The translations under genes were made by a program, and so were the position numbers. DNA of 64,000 nucleotides from Candidatus Hydrogenedentota bacterium. Its GTDB lineage: Bacteria > Hydrogenedentota > Hydrogenedentia > Hydrogenedentales > JAEUWI01. Positions 18,285 through 28,146 of this stretch are shown in pieces. The stretch lies in NCBI GenBank assembly GCA_034669905.1, contig JAXMOL010000001.1, forward strand, positions 128,001-192,000. The letters run 5' to 3'. Every line of letters begins with the position of its first letter. The stretch's first letter is position 1. The notes beneath the pieces were generated by a model. It did no database searches and was not told where the DNA came from. It saw only the letters and a program-made list of their open reading frames with translations.

Positions 18285-19325
18285 GTGAGCAATACAGCTG
18301 ACAAGCGAACTGGACGGGCCATCGCTTCGGGGATTCGCCGGGGGAGTTGGGTCCTTTGCCTGCTCGTTCTGGGAGTCTTTTCCCTGGGGGCAGACAGCTG
18401 TCAGAACTCTTCGCTCGGGCCCGGCGAAGTGGGTAGCGCCACCTGTCTGGCCTGTCACGATGGCCGTAGCGCCAGTAACCACCTGGAATTTCTGGACAGC
18501 CCTCACCAGGGTTTGTCGTGCGAGTCTTGCCATGGCCCCGGCCTGACCCACGTGCAACAGGGGGGCCGATTGGGGCTCTTCATCGACAATCCCAATCGTT
18601 ATCCCTTTGACACGCGGCACACGGCCTGCATCACCTGCCACAGCGACATCGTCTCGCCCGTTGGAATCGGTGCCCAGGGCTTTCTTGCGACCAACCATTT
18701 CCTGGAAGGCGCCGCAACCTGCACCGATTGCCACGATGTGCACAAGCAGGGGGGCATGCTGATCAGCAGCACGTCACCCGCACGGTTCGGGAATGCAAAC
18801 TACGCCACCCTCTGCGGGAGCTGTCACGTCGATCAAGTGGAACAATTCTCGCTGAGCGGCCATGCCCAAAAAGACGTCGCGACGTGCTCCAGTTGCCACG
18901 ACATGCACGCGGGTGACATGTTCCGTGCAGACCCCACAACCAATCGCCTTTGCCTCCAATGCCATCAGAGTTTTGCCCTGGGATTTCAACGGGATGTGGA
19001 CGTGGATTTCCATACGGGCGACATGCACCCCGTCGATCCGGCAGGTTCCGGTTCAAGCCGATGCACCGGGTGTCACTTGCCACCCAACGCAGGCAGCTCG
19101 GCGGTTCAGCCAAGCCATGATCACACCCTCTTTACAATCCCGCCGATTGCCAGTAATGACGCCGTCGCAATGGGTGTGGAACCCGCTCCCCCCAATTCCT
19201 GTGCAGGCGTAACGGGGTGTCATGATCCCGTACAGCCGAATTCCGGTCCCCCTTACGACGAAAATGACCTGGAAAGCAATACGCGACTGCAGTCGCTCTA
19301 CGAAATCATCGGAGCACGGCCATGA
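18285..19325 (+). CDS. Multiheme cytochrome c (8 CxxCH + 1 CX5CH), MtrA/DmsE-like N-terminus, possibly a lipoprotein
   Basis: CLACH, CESCH(GPG..H), CITCH, CTDCH, CGSCH, CSSCH, CLQCH, CTGCH, CAGVTGCH; hydrophobic signal followed by GADSC. Confidence 0.85.
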   Translation: MSNTADKRTGRAIASGIRRGSWVLCLLVLGVFSLGADSCQNSSLGPGEVGSATCLACHDGRSASNHLEFLDSPHQGLSCESCHGPGLTHVQQGGRLGLFIDNPNRYPFDTRHTACITCHSDIVSPVGIGAQGFLATNHFLEGAATCTDCHDVHKQGGMLISSTSPARFGNANYATLCGSCHVDQVEQFSLSGHAQKDVATCSSCHDMHAGDMFRADPTTNRLCLQCHQSFALGFQRDVDVDFHTGDMHPVDPAGSGSSRCTGCHLPPNAGSSAVQPSHDHTLFTIPPIASNDAVAMGVEPAPPNSCAGVTGCHDPVQPNSGPPYDENDLESNTRLQSLYEIIGARP

Positions 19326-20977
19326 AGGGTGTCCCAAGCCCACTATCCCCGAGGAGACCCTTTGGCAGAAAAATCGTTACGGAGCTGAACGCCCTGAACT
19401 CGTACCTGGGAAAAGGATTGGGGGCCATACTGCTTTGCCTGCTCCTGCTTACCTGCTCCCCCGCGCCGTGCTTCGCCGAGGCGGAAGACGGGGCGCCCGC
19501 AGCGGAGGCCACAGAAAACACCCAGGACGACACCGCCTCGGACACAGCGGAGGAGGAGGCCGTGCTGCCAACGGACTCGGACACTGCGGCAGGCAACGGA
19601 ACACGACGTTGGTACCGGGGCACCTTTGAAACGGAGATGGACACGGTTTTCTCTCGCAGCGACGAGGACATCGATTTCAGTCAGTTTCTCCGGTTAGAGG
19701 TAGACCCCCCTCAATACAGTCGCCTGCACCTCCGGGGCTCGCTCTGGCTACATCAGGATTTGAGTTCGGATAGGGACAAACCAAACACACTGCGGGACAT
19801 CAACGATGCTTCGAGTGCCGATGTTCAGGCGCGCTTGCTCTATCTCTACGCGAAGATCGACGATGCCCTGGGTACCAACTCCGAGTTAAGAATCGGACGT
19901 CAGCGGATCCAGGAGGGCGCCACCTACAATCGTATCGACGGGCTCTATGGCCGAAAGCGCGTCGGGCAGTGGGAAGGCTATGCCTTTGTGGGAGCCCGCG
20001 CCTCGATATACCGGGACACCACCGATGATCTGGTGCTCGGTGGTGGCCTTGCATGGATCCCCACGCCCCATACCCGTATTGCCCTGGATGGTTACTATGC
20101 GGAGGAAAGTCGCTACGGAGTATCCGACAGAAGTCGCCGGTTCGGGGGCTGGATACGCCCGGTGGCGTCGGAGCTTAATGACAGTAAGACGACCCTGAGT
20201 CTGTGGCACAATTTCGGTGTGAACACCCGGCTCTTCGCCCGTATCGGTATGTTGGGTAGTGACGTGGACGAGCTGTCGCTGAGTCTGAATGGGTACATAC
20301 CCCGGCTGGACCTCCTCTACGACCTCCACTACCGCCAGCTGTTTGAAACGACGGGCGACACCACGGCCGACCTCTCCCCCTTCTACCAGATTCTCGGTCA
20401 GTACCGGGAACACCAGACCCTCTACCTGGGCCTCCACCGCCCCTTGACGGAGTCGGTCACCCTTACCCTGGAAGGTGAGATTCGCAATGCAGAGAACGAT
20501 GACTTTTACTCGGGAAACCGAGACTATGTTCGGGTTGGCACCGTGTTGTACGTGGATGACGTCTTTCAGGAGGTCGACGTCTCGACTTCCCTGGAGTACT
20601 GGGATGTCTCTGGCGGTGAAGGCACCTGGACAGTGACCGGAGAAATAAGCCGCTCGTGGGGCACCGTGGACGGGCGCTTCGGCGTCGATTACGTCCGCTA
20701 CAAGGATCGTGTCGTGGAGTATGACCAGCGCGCGGCCCTGGTAGACGCGGCCCTGGTGGCCTTTGTACCCGGCATCTATCCCGGCTTCTCTTACGCGGCC
20801 CGCAGGGCCAGCACCCGGATTGTGGATACCCGGGAAAATGTCTACAGCGTGTATGCCGAGGTGGAGTGGGCCTTTCAGGAGGATCAGGATGTCTACACCA
20901 AGATTTCCTTTGAAGAGGACGATAGCCCCGATTCGCCCTATTGGCGAATCCGCGCCGGCTATCGGCTGCGTTTTTAG
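19322..20977 (+). CDS. Outer-membrane beta-barrel protein (porin of a porin-cytochrome complex)
   Basis: Signal peptide, amphipathic beta-strands, 'LRIGRQRI...IDG' motif, C-terminal YRLRF barrel signal; sits between multiheme cytochrome genes; ATGA overlap (true start uncertain). Confidence 0.8.
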   Translation: MKGVPSPLSPRRPFGRKIVTELNALNSYLGKGLGAILLCLLLLTCSPAPCFAEAEDGAPAAEATENTQDDTASDTAEEEAVLPTDSDTAAGNGTRRWYRGTFETEMDTVFSRSDEDIDFSQFLRLEVDPPQYSRLHLRGSLWLHQDLSSDRDKPNTLRDINDASSADVQARLLYLYAKIDDALGTNSELRIGRQRIQEGATYNRIDGLYGRKRVGQWEGYAFVGARASIYRDTTDDLVLGGGLAWIPTPHTRIALDGYYAEESRYGVSDRSRRFGGWIRPVASELNDSKTTLSLWHNFGVNTRLFARIGMLGSDVDELSLSLNGYIPRLDLLYDLHYRQLFETTGDTTADLSPFYQILGQYREHQTLYLGLHRPLTESVTLTLEGEIRNAENDDFYSGNRDYVRVGTVLYVDDVFQEVDVSTSLEYWDVSGGEGTWTVTGEISRSWGTVDGRFGVDYVRYKDRVVEYDQRAALVDAALVAFVPGIYPGFSYAARRASTRIVDTRENVYSVYAEVEWAFQEDQDVYTKISFEEDDSPDSPYWRIRAGYRLRF

Positions 20978-20994
20978 TGAGTAAAGGAGCAACC

Positions 20995-22068
20995 ATGACG
21001 CACAGGCCTGGATTTCGCGGGATCGCGTTGGCGATGATCGCATTGTTTGGCGTCACCGTTGCCTCCGATGCGGCCCTGTTCGGCCGATCGGGGAAATCGG
21101 TGGACCGCGGCCTGAAATCGGGCCACAATGCCCACATCGAGCAGCAATTGGACTGTGCCACCTGTCACGTGTGGGAAGAAAACCGGCATGTAATGCCAGG
21201 ACACAACCTGTGCAGTATATGCCACGAGATCGATGAAACTGCGACCGACAAGGCTTCCTGTAACTTCTGCCACACCCGGGAGGACCAAAGTGTCGGTCCC
21301 GTCATCAAACGGATGAGTGTGGAAACGATTTTTGGGCATGAAGCCCACCTGGACGTTTCTCTGGATTGTATGGAATGTCACAAGACGCCCGGTGAAATAC
21401 CGGATCTGCCGAAGGGGCCACTCATGCCCTGGTGCATGACCTGCCACGCGACGTCAGAACCACCCAAGCTGGAATCGGGCCTGCCCGACCGGGCCTTTGC
21501 GTCGAATGACTGTGCCGTCTGCCACCGCGAACTCAGCCTGGAAACGCGGCCCCAGTTTCGGGGCGGCGCCCGGATCGCCCACGATGCACCCGATATCTGG
21601 TTGAAGACCCACGGCCGGGAAGCCCAGTTTGACCCCCAGTATTGTGCGATGTGCCATGATACGGTCGCGACCTGTGAAGATTGTCACAGCCGCATGAAGC
21701 CCGACAACCACACGATAGCGTGGCGCCGTAAACCCCACGGATTGCGGGCGGTCATCGATCAGAACAACTGTGCGGTTTGCCATGAAGAAGATTCGTGTAT
21801 CAAGTGCCATGAAAAAACCAAACCGACCAGCCACCGGGCTGGATTCGGCGGCTCGCTCAACCGACATTGTGTCTCGTGTCACTATCCCCCCCAGGAAAGT
21901 TCCTGCACCGCATGTCACCAGAATATCGAGCACCGTAAGGCCCGCCGGTCGCCCCATGGACTGGGCATCTACCCGGTCAACTGTGCCGCCTGCCATCCGG
22001 GCGGCCTGCCCAACCGCGCGCCCCATCTTGTAAACAATTCGGTAAGCTGCCGGACCTGCCATGAATAG
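20995..22068 (+). CDS. Periplasmic 14-heme cytochrome c (two c7-like domains plus 'H..W...HG..A' repeats; ExtA-like)
   Basis: ATG 20995 after AAAGGAG; Sec signal; 14 CxxCH motifs in about 357 aa. Confidence 0.88.
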   Translation: MTHRPGFRGIALAMIALFGVTVASDAALFGRSGKSVDRGLKSGHNAHIEQQLDCATCHVWEENRHVMPGHNLCSICHEIDETATDKASCNFCHTREDQSVGPVIKRMSVETIFGHEAHLDVSLDCMECHKTPGEIPDLPKGPLMPWCMTCHATSEPPKLESGLPDRAFASNDCAVCHRELSLETRPQFRGGARIAHDAPDIWLKTHGREAQFDPQYCAMCHDTVATCEDCHSRMKPDNHTIAWRRKPHGLRAVIDQNNCAVCHEEDSCIKCHEKTKPTSHRAGFGGSLNRHCVSCHYPPQESSCTACHQNIEHRKARRSPHGLGIYPVNCAACHPGGLPNRAPHLVNNSVSCRTCHE

Positions 22069-22138
22069 CTTGTTACTTAGTTACCGCGTCTGCCCTGCGG
22101 GACTGCCCGCTCGGGTCGGCGCCAGGAAAGGAAAACCT

Positions 22139-22738
22139 ATGCATACGCTTTCACGGAATGCCCTCATCACCCTCAGCCTCCTGCTTGCTGCCAGCCTGGT
22201 CCAGGCCGAGGAGGCCAAAGACTTCATTGGCCATGACCAATGTAAAGTCTGCCACAACAAGAAGCCGGAAGGAGCCCAGTGGGACGTCTGGAAGGCGATG
22301 AAACACGCCAACGCCTTTGAAGCCCTCAAGAGTGATGCAGCCAAGAAAATTGGGGAAGAGCGGGGCCTCGCCAAGCCCCCCCACGAAGCCCCGGAATGCG
22401 TGAAGTGCCACGTGACGGGCTATAATCTGGAAAAAATGGAAGTGCCCGCCAAGATCAAGATGGCCGACGGCGTCCAGTGTGAAACCTGCCACGGGGCGGG
22501 GGCCGCGCATGTGGCCGACGGTCGCGATGTAATGTTTAAGAAGAAGACCGCAGACGAAATCGACTGGACGGCCCACCTGAAGAAGGTGGAGGAAGCGACC
22601 TGCCTGGCCTGCCATAACGAAGAGAGCCCCACCTGGAACCCGGAACAATTTACCCGGGAGGATGGCACGAAGGTGGGATTCGACTTTGAGCAGGCCAAGG
22701 AAATCGTTTCCCATCCCAACCCAACCAAGGCCAAGTAA
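22139..22738 (+). CDS. Cytochrome c554-family tetraheme periplasmic cytochrome
   Basis: ATG 22139 after GGAAAGG; signal peptide; FIG...CKVCH, W....HA.AF..L, CVKCHVTG, GVQCETCHG.G..H, CLACH. Confidence 0.88.
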   Translation: MHTLSRNALITLSLLLAASLVQAEEAKDFIGHDQCKVCHNKKPEGAQWDVWKAMKHANAFEALKSDAAKKIGEERGLAKPPHEAPECVKCHVTGYNLEKMEVPAKIKMADGVQCETCHGAGAAHVADGRDVMFKKKTADEIDWTAHLKKVEEATCLACHNEESPTWNPEQFTREDGTKVGFDFEQAKEIVSHPNPTKAK

Positions 22739-22910
22739 AAGGTGGTCAGGCCCCTCGCGGAGCGATAGGGCGACGGAACGCCGGACGGACGGGCTAAGTG
22801 GCGCATGCCCGGGTCCGGCGGGGCGAACACGCATTTCATGGATAGTTCAAGCGGCCAAGGTACGCAACCGTTACCTTGGCCGCTTTATTCATTAAGGTCG
22901 CGAAAGCGTA

Positions 22911-23900
22911 TCAGGGGAAATCACTTCCCGGCCACATCACGCTTTGATAGAACCCACTGGCAATACCCTCCTCGCCGGGTGCGAAGATGTGGTTCGCAAT
23001 GTGCAGAGCGATGCCTGCCGCATTGATGGGGAACTGGCCGCCGGTGGGCAGGGGCGCGCTTTCGAATACCACCGTACCCGTCGATTCTCCCGGATACTTG
23101 AAGAAGGCCACGTGCCCGTCGGCAAAGAGCACATTGGCACCACCCGGCACATGGTTGAAGCTCTCGGCCGCATCCGCAATGTTGTCAAGCATAATTGCCA
23201 ACGTCGATTGCGAAGCTGCCGACGCAGCAGGGTTATTGATGTCGGTTATGAAAAACCGTTCAACCCCTTCCCGGAGCCGCAGCGCGCGATCGTAGCCACC
23301 GGGCAAGGGCACCGCGAAGTCCCAGTCTTCCTCGACCCGATAGACATTCTCGTAGATGCGCGCACCGAAGTCCTGCACACTGGCGTAGAACGCGGCCGAC
23401 TGGGCCGGCGTTTGAACCATTTCGTTACTGATGGCCCATCCCAGGTAGGTGTAGGGATGACCCAGGAACTCACACGGCTCAATGGCGCCACTGTTGGTGA
23501 ACCCGGGCGTATCCACGTAATTATCGGAACCCACGTTTCCCCCATCATAGGTGCTCAGTGCATCGCCGGTCGTTGAGGCGGCACTCGGGCAAATGAGGAT
23601 GTTGGCATCATTCATGTATTCGGGATAGACCTGCTCTCCATCGAAGATGGTGTCGAGGGAAGAGACAGTACCATCGCATCGTCTGGTCTTAATGGCGGGA
23701 AACTTTTCTCCCCGGCTTTCGTTGGCATACATCTTAAAGATGATCCCAAACTGCTTCAGGTTATTCTGGCAGCTTGCCCGACGGGCTGCTTCCCGGGCAC
23801 GGGCCAGGGCCGGCAGCAGGATGGCTGCGAGAATTCCAATGATGGCAATGACCACCAACAATTCGATCAGGGTAAATCCCCGGGTGGAATGTTTCTTCAT
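22911..23900 (-). CDS. DUF1559 / prepilin-type N-terminal cleavage-methylation domain protein (H-X9-DG C-terminus)
   Basis: [60 protein letters not shown]; start ATG 23900 after AAGGAAG. Confidence 0.93.
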   Translation of the reverse strand: MKKHSTRGFTLIELLVVIAIIGILAAILLPALARAREAARRASCQNNLKQFGIIFKMYANESRGEKFPAIKTRRCDGTVSSLDTIFDGEQVYPEYMNDANILICPSAASTTGDALSTYDGGNVGSDNYVDTPGFTNSGAIEPCEFLGHPYTYLGWAISNEMVQTPAQSAAFYASVQDFGARIYENVYRVEEDWDFAVPLPGGYDRALRLREGVERFFITDINNPAASAASQSTLAIMLDNIADAAESFNHVPGGANVLFADGHVAFFKYPGESTGTVVFESAPLPTGGQFPINAAGIALHIANHIFAPGEEGIASGFYQSVMWPGSDFP

Positions 23901-24013
23901 GAAATCGCTTCCTTGGAAATAGCCGTGCGGACGCACCACGGTTCCATACCCGTGTTGGTCGACGTTACGCACGGCAGACGATCGGACCCAAGATGGTCCG
24001 GCAAGTGAATAAA

Positions 24014-24502
24014 TCAGCGTGTCTGCATCCAAAGAGAAGCGGGTGGTGCCCGGGCCTGCCGGGCTGTGGAAACGCCCCGGCCCCGGTGGTCGACATAAGC
24101 CCCGTGTCCGACTGGGCCAACGTCTATGGCCGCCGTTGCCACCGTGCCCGCACCGACGTGCAAGACCATGGTGGCCGCACTGAAATAGGTGTTTTGCAAG
24201 GGCTCGGGTGTAGGCTCCGGCGTGTCCTCCCGGGCTGGAGTTGTGGGCTCCGGCGCGTGATGGTGGTGGGGCTCGCCCTCCCCATGGCGGTGCACCATGC
24301 CCCCGGCACCATGTTCGTGAACCAACGCGCCGTGGTGGTGGGGCGTGGAAAAGAGCGAGAATCCCGTAAGAATCCGAAACGCCAGCAGGACCACGACCAG
24401 GAAAACAATGTCGGAGAAGTCAGCGCTGCCCGCACGCGCCCTGGCCCCACGAAGCATCGTGGACACGGCAAGGGTAGTACGGGGGACAAATTTCAAGGTC
24501 AT
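24014..24502 (-). CDS. His-rich exported leader protein with C-terminal RAPP arrest motif (DUF2946/CruR-like architecture)
   Basis: ATG 24502 after AGAGAGG; hydrophobic segment, HHH..VHEH....VHRH....HHHH cluster, Pro-rich linker, QARAPP near the C-terminus. Confidence 0.65.
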   Translation of the reverse strand: MTLKFVPRTTLAVSTMLRGARARAGSADFSDIVFLVVVLLAFRILTGFSLFSTPHHHGALVHEHGAGGMVHRHGEGEPHHHHAPEPTTPAREDTPEPTPEPLQNTYFSAATMVLHVGAGTVATAAIDVGPVGHGAYVDHRGRGVSTARQARAPPASLWMQTR

Positions 24503-24971
24503 GCCTCTCTGGATGGCGCACACGTGGTCTTCATGCGGGGCGGGTTGGTTTTTCCACTCTGCCGGGGTGGAACGGGACGGGCTCGCTGAACCACCCTCCC
24601 CTAAACTGTATCGGCACGTCAGCGATGCGCCGTGCTCCGACGCGAATCGCCACCGTATTCTGAAAAATTCGAAGGGGTGCCCACCGGGGTGTAACACAGC
24701 GCCCGGGTGGGTGCACTACCTTGTAGAACGCAGCGAAACTTTAGCGACGCTGCGGGGATAAATAACCCAATACAACACAAAATTGAATCGACACCATGCA
24801 CCCGCTTTCCGTACCGCGGGTTTCTCCAAACAACGCCTGCCGTATGCAGGCTAACGGGCAGACCAGTCCCTTCGACGTCTCTCCAGGCAGGGGTTCGGCC
24901 TATCTCCACCGACTCCCCTGTTGACGTGTGTACTGGCAACGCTTGACCAGCGTGTTGCTGCCCACATCCCC

Positions 24972-25026
24972 GCCTGGCTCCGGTACTCCTCCCCCTCCCG
25001 TACCCACACCACCGCCGGAGCCAGGC
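24972..25026. repeat. 12-bp inverted repeat
   Basis: GCCTGGCTCCGG ... CCGGAGCCAGGC. Confidence 0.5.
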
Positions 25027-25147
25027 ACTCCCTTTTCAGGCAAGGAGGTGCCATCCATTAGCGACGTAGAGGATGCCCGCGCTAGTGGTTTGAATCATGC
25101 GGATGAGCGATTATTTTGCGGCGGAGCATTCACCAAATTCGATAATA

Positions 25148-25170
25148 TACTCCCCTCCTTGGAGGGGAAT
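25148..25170. repeat. Short copy of the CCCCTCCTTGGAGGGG palindrome
   Basis: TACTCCCCTCCTTGGAGGGGAAT matches the left and right ends of the element at 11514-11598. Confidence 0.65.
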
Positions 25171-25232
25171 GGTTAGGCGGGTCGAATAAACGCTGCTGGC
25201 AGAATAAACTCCCCTGACTTTGATTCAGACCA

Positions 25233-26171
25233 TTAGTCTGACTTCAGCAAGCCCGCTTTACGCTTGCGCCAGGTGTCGTAGAAGACCAGCGCCACAATCA
25301 ACACGCCCACCAGCACTTGCTGCCACGACGTGTCGATATCTTCCAGGTTGCAAAAATTCTGCAAGACATACATGATCAGCGCACCGGCCACGGCCGCGAT
25401 GGCTCCGCCTTCACCGCCCATGAGACTGGCCCCACCAATGACGCAGGCCGCAATCGTATGCAGCTCGTACATTTCGGCCGCCGTGGGTGAGCCAATACTG
25501 GTCTTGGCGGCCAACATCATGCCGCCGAAACCGGCCATCAGGCCACAGAGCGTATAGGCCCGAATCAGCACCCAATCCACCGGGATGCCCGAGAGCCGTG
25601 CGGCCTGTCGGTTCCCCCCCACGGAATAAAGAGAACGGCCGAATCGGGTGAAGGCGAGCATGAGGGCATAGCCCGTTGCGAAGACGGCCACGATGACCAC
25701 CGGAATACGCCAGTCGCGGGTCTCACTGAGCCAACTCAGCGAGTCGGGCAATCCGAAAACCGGGTTGCCGCCAGAGACCCAGAGGGCGAGGCCCCGGGCC
25801 ACCATCATCATACCCAGCGTAACGATAAAGGGTGCAATGCGGCCCTTCGCCACCAGGACGCCGTTGGTGAGGCCACAGGCCGCCCCCACGCCGCAGCCGG
25901 CGAGAACACCCACGGGCATGGGCATACCGGATTTCATGGCCAGACAGCCCACCACACCCGCCAGCGCCGCCACACTCCCGACGGACAAATCGATGCCCGC
26001 CGTGAGTATGACAAGAAGCTGGCCAAGGGCGATAATGCCCACCACCGACGCCCGGCCCGCCACGGACTGGAGGTTGCCGCTGGTGCGGAAACTCTCCGAG
26101 TACAGGGCCAGGCAAATACAGAGACCCGCCAGGATAAAGAGCGGCGAGTGTTTGGCTATAAACTGCTTCAT
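25233..26171 (-). CDS. Monosaccharide (CUT2, RbsC-like) ABC transporter permease
   Basis: GIDLSVGS, IAPFIVTLG, TRFGR..Y..GGN..AARLSGI, IAACVIGGASL.GG. Confidence 0.93.
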   Translation of the reverse strand: MKQFIAKHSPLFILAGLCICLALYSESFRTSGNLQSVAGRASVVGIIALGQLLVILTAGIDLSVGSVAALAGVVGCLAMKSGMPMPVGVLAGCGVGAACGLTNGVLVAKGRIAPFIVTLGMMMVARGLALWVSGGNPVFGLPDSLSWLSETRDWRIPVVIVAVFATGYALMLAFTRFGRSLYSVGGNRQAARLSGIPVDWVLIRAYTLCGLMAGFGGMMLAAKTSIGSPTAAEMYELHTIAACVIGGASLMGGEGGAIAAVAGALIMYVLQNFCNLEDIDTSWQQVLVGVLIVALVFYDTWRKRKAGLLKSD

Positions 26172-26196
26172 CGAATGGGTTTAACCTGTACGTCCG

Positions 26197-27225
26197 TTAG
26201 TTGAAGGGGAGGGCGACGGGTTTGCCCGTTTCACCGGACTGGTCGGCCGCGTAGCAAATCTCGTGCGACTTGAAGGCGTCGGCGATGTTGGCGTGGGACT
26301 CCACATTATTCTCGATGCAGTCGACCAGGTGAGAAGCCAGATCGCTGAAGGGGTGGTGGGTCACGTCGCCGCTATCGGGCATGATGGTGGGTACGGTCGC
26401 CCAGGTGGTCTGTCCCGGAAACTTGGTAGGAGACCAGATCTGGTTGTTCTTAATGGTGCCGTGGGTACCCACGAGATTGATGTTAAACACATAGGGCTGG
26501 ACACACTCGATGCAGGAAGCCACCTTACCAATCCGGCCGTCCGCAAACTTGAGGATGGTGCAGGTCGTGGGAGGGTATTCGTAGGCCTTGAAATGTTCGC
26601 CGCCGCCCGAGGTGGCATACTGGGACACTTCGGCCACTTCGCCGCCCATGAAGAAACGGAGCGCGTCCAGGGCATGGCAGCCGGCGGAAAGGAGGGAGCT
26701 CGCGCCCACTTCCTTCTTCACGTTCCATGCGTATTGGCCATACCAGGGGCCGATGCCGTGGAAGTAATCCACTTCGCCCATGAACACCTTACCGATGCTG
26801 TCATCTGCGATTTGCTTGCGAATAATATCGAAGAGGGGATTCCAGCGCAGCACAAAGCTTACGGCGGATTTCACGCCGGCTTCCGCCACGGCATCCCGAA
26901 TGGCCTTGGCATCGTCGATGCCCGTGGCCATGGCTTTTTCAAGCAGGATGTGTTTCCCCGCCTTGGCCACGGCGACAGCCTGGGCCTTGTGCACGTGGGG
27001 CGGCGTGGCGACTACCACGATATCGATGCCGTCCTGTGCGAGGAGGGCGTCCAGGTCGGTGTAGGTCTTGCACGTGAGGCCGAGCCCATCGGCGAAGGCC
27101 TGGGTACGCCCGGCATCCCGACCACAGACGGCCCGCACTTCGGTGCGCGCGTCGGCGTGAAAGGCTTTGACATGCTCTCCGGCGACCCATCCGGTCCCCA
27201 GGATTCCAACACCTAATTTTTCCAT
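26197..27225 (-). CDS. Gfo/Idh/MocA-family oxidoreductase
   Basis: GILGTG Rossmann motif, TPPHVH, GKHILLEK, GCHALD. Confidence 0.92.
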   Translation of the reverse strand: MEKLGVGILGTGWVAGEHVKAFHADARTEVRAVCGRDAGRTQAFADGLGLTCKTYTDLDALLAQDGIDIVVVATPPHVHKAQAVAVAKAGKHILLEKAMATGIDDAKAIRDAVAEAGVKSAVSFVLRWNPLFDIIRKQIADDSIGKVFMGEVDYFHGIGPWYGQYAWNVKKEVGASSLLSAGCHALDALRFFMGGEVAEVSQYATSGGGEHFKAYEYPPTTCTILKFADGRIGKVASCIECVQPYVFNINLVGTHGTIKNNQIWSPTKFPGQTTWATVPTIMPDSGDVTHHPFSDLASHLVDCIENNVESHANIADAFKSHEICYAADQSGETGKPVALPFN

Positions 27226-27461
27226 GGGTCTATCTCCTTAAATTTTCTGACGACGAGCGCCACGTTATCGTTCCGCTAAAACACCGAGTGTACCATTCGA
27301 CGCCGTGTCAACACATCCCCGCCCCGATGCCTCCTTGTTTACCTTATCAATCGGCAATGTTCCTGTAAGGTATTGGCCCCCCTGGCCCCTGTATGCTCCC
27401 ATCAAGATACTGGAACCCGGAATGAAGACCCATCCCTGCTGCGCACACGGTGGTACCCCCA

Positions 27462-27756
27462 ATGCACGACGAATCCCCTTCCCCCCAGAAGATGCTCCTG
27501 CTGGCTCTTGGACTGACCATACTGACAGCCCTTTCCTTCCAAGGCAGCCGTGGTCTCTACGAATCCACCGAAGGACGCTATGCCCAGCACTCTCCCTTCG
27601 GGCACGCTCCTTCTCGCCCGGAGCAAGCACCTTGATGCAGTGTCGGCCTATCTCCCTGAAGACGCTTTTTCCACCCGCTACGAAGATTCCTACTGGTGCC
27701 TGGCCCAACTGAATCGCCCCCTCGTATCGGAAAAACTGGGTACTTGGTTGAAATAG
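27462..27756 (+). pseudogene. Remnant of an ArnT/GT39-like glycosyltransferase gene
   Basis: 'LLLALGLTILTALSFQGSRGLYESTEGRYA' resembles the ArnT N-terminal TM plus (D/E)EGRYA motif, but the frame ends at 27635. Confidence 0.5.
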
Positions 27757-28146
27757 ACTTTCCAGGTAAGCGTTGGTGTAAGCCTCTGTCCTCAGGCGTC
27801 TGCATCGGCCGCTTTCCATCGGCAGGTTCCGTGTCCCATCCCGGGGAAAGTTTTTTGTGACAGGGTCGCCAAGGTTGATGACCCATTTCCGAGATCAGGA
27901 CCAGCCACCCATGCGTATCCAATCGGCGCCGCAGTAGAGGAGCCCGAAAACGTCCCCATCGCCGATTTCCCTGGTACCGGGCATCGCAATGCGGCGTGCT
28001 CAACCTGCCAGGAACCTGCAAGTAAATCACGAATTGCCCTGAGGCGGTATCCATGGCATAATGCGTTTTACGTGGGTGCTCATCGCAGTATTAATTGGGT
28101 AGTGGCCAAGGGGGCCATACGGTGAGACTCTCAGGAGGCAATCGGT

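Noticed and set aside
18285..18400. Twin-arginine (Tat) signal in the multiheme cytochrome
   Set aside because: IRRG lacks the RRxFL context, and c-type cytochromes are exported unfolded through Sec
19322..20977. Naming the porin mtrB
   Set aside because: It is shorter than typical MtrB and I cannot confirm family membership by eye; left as a generic porin-cytochrome barrel
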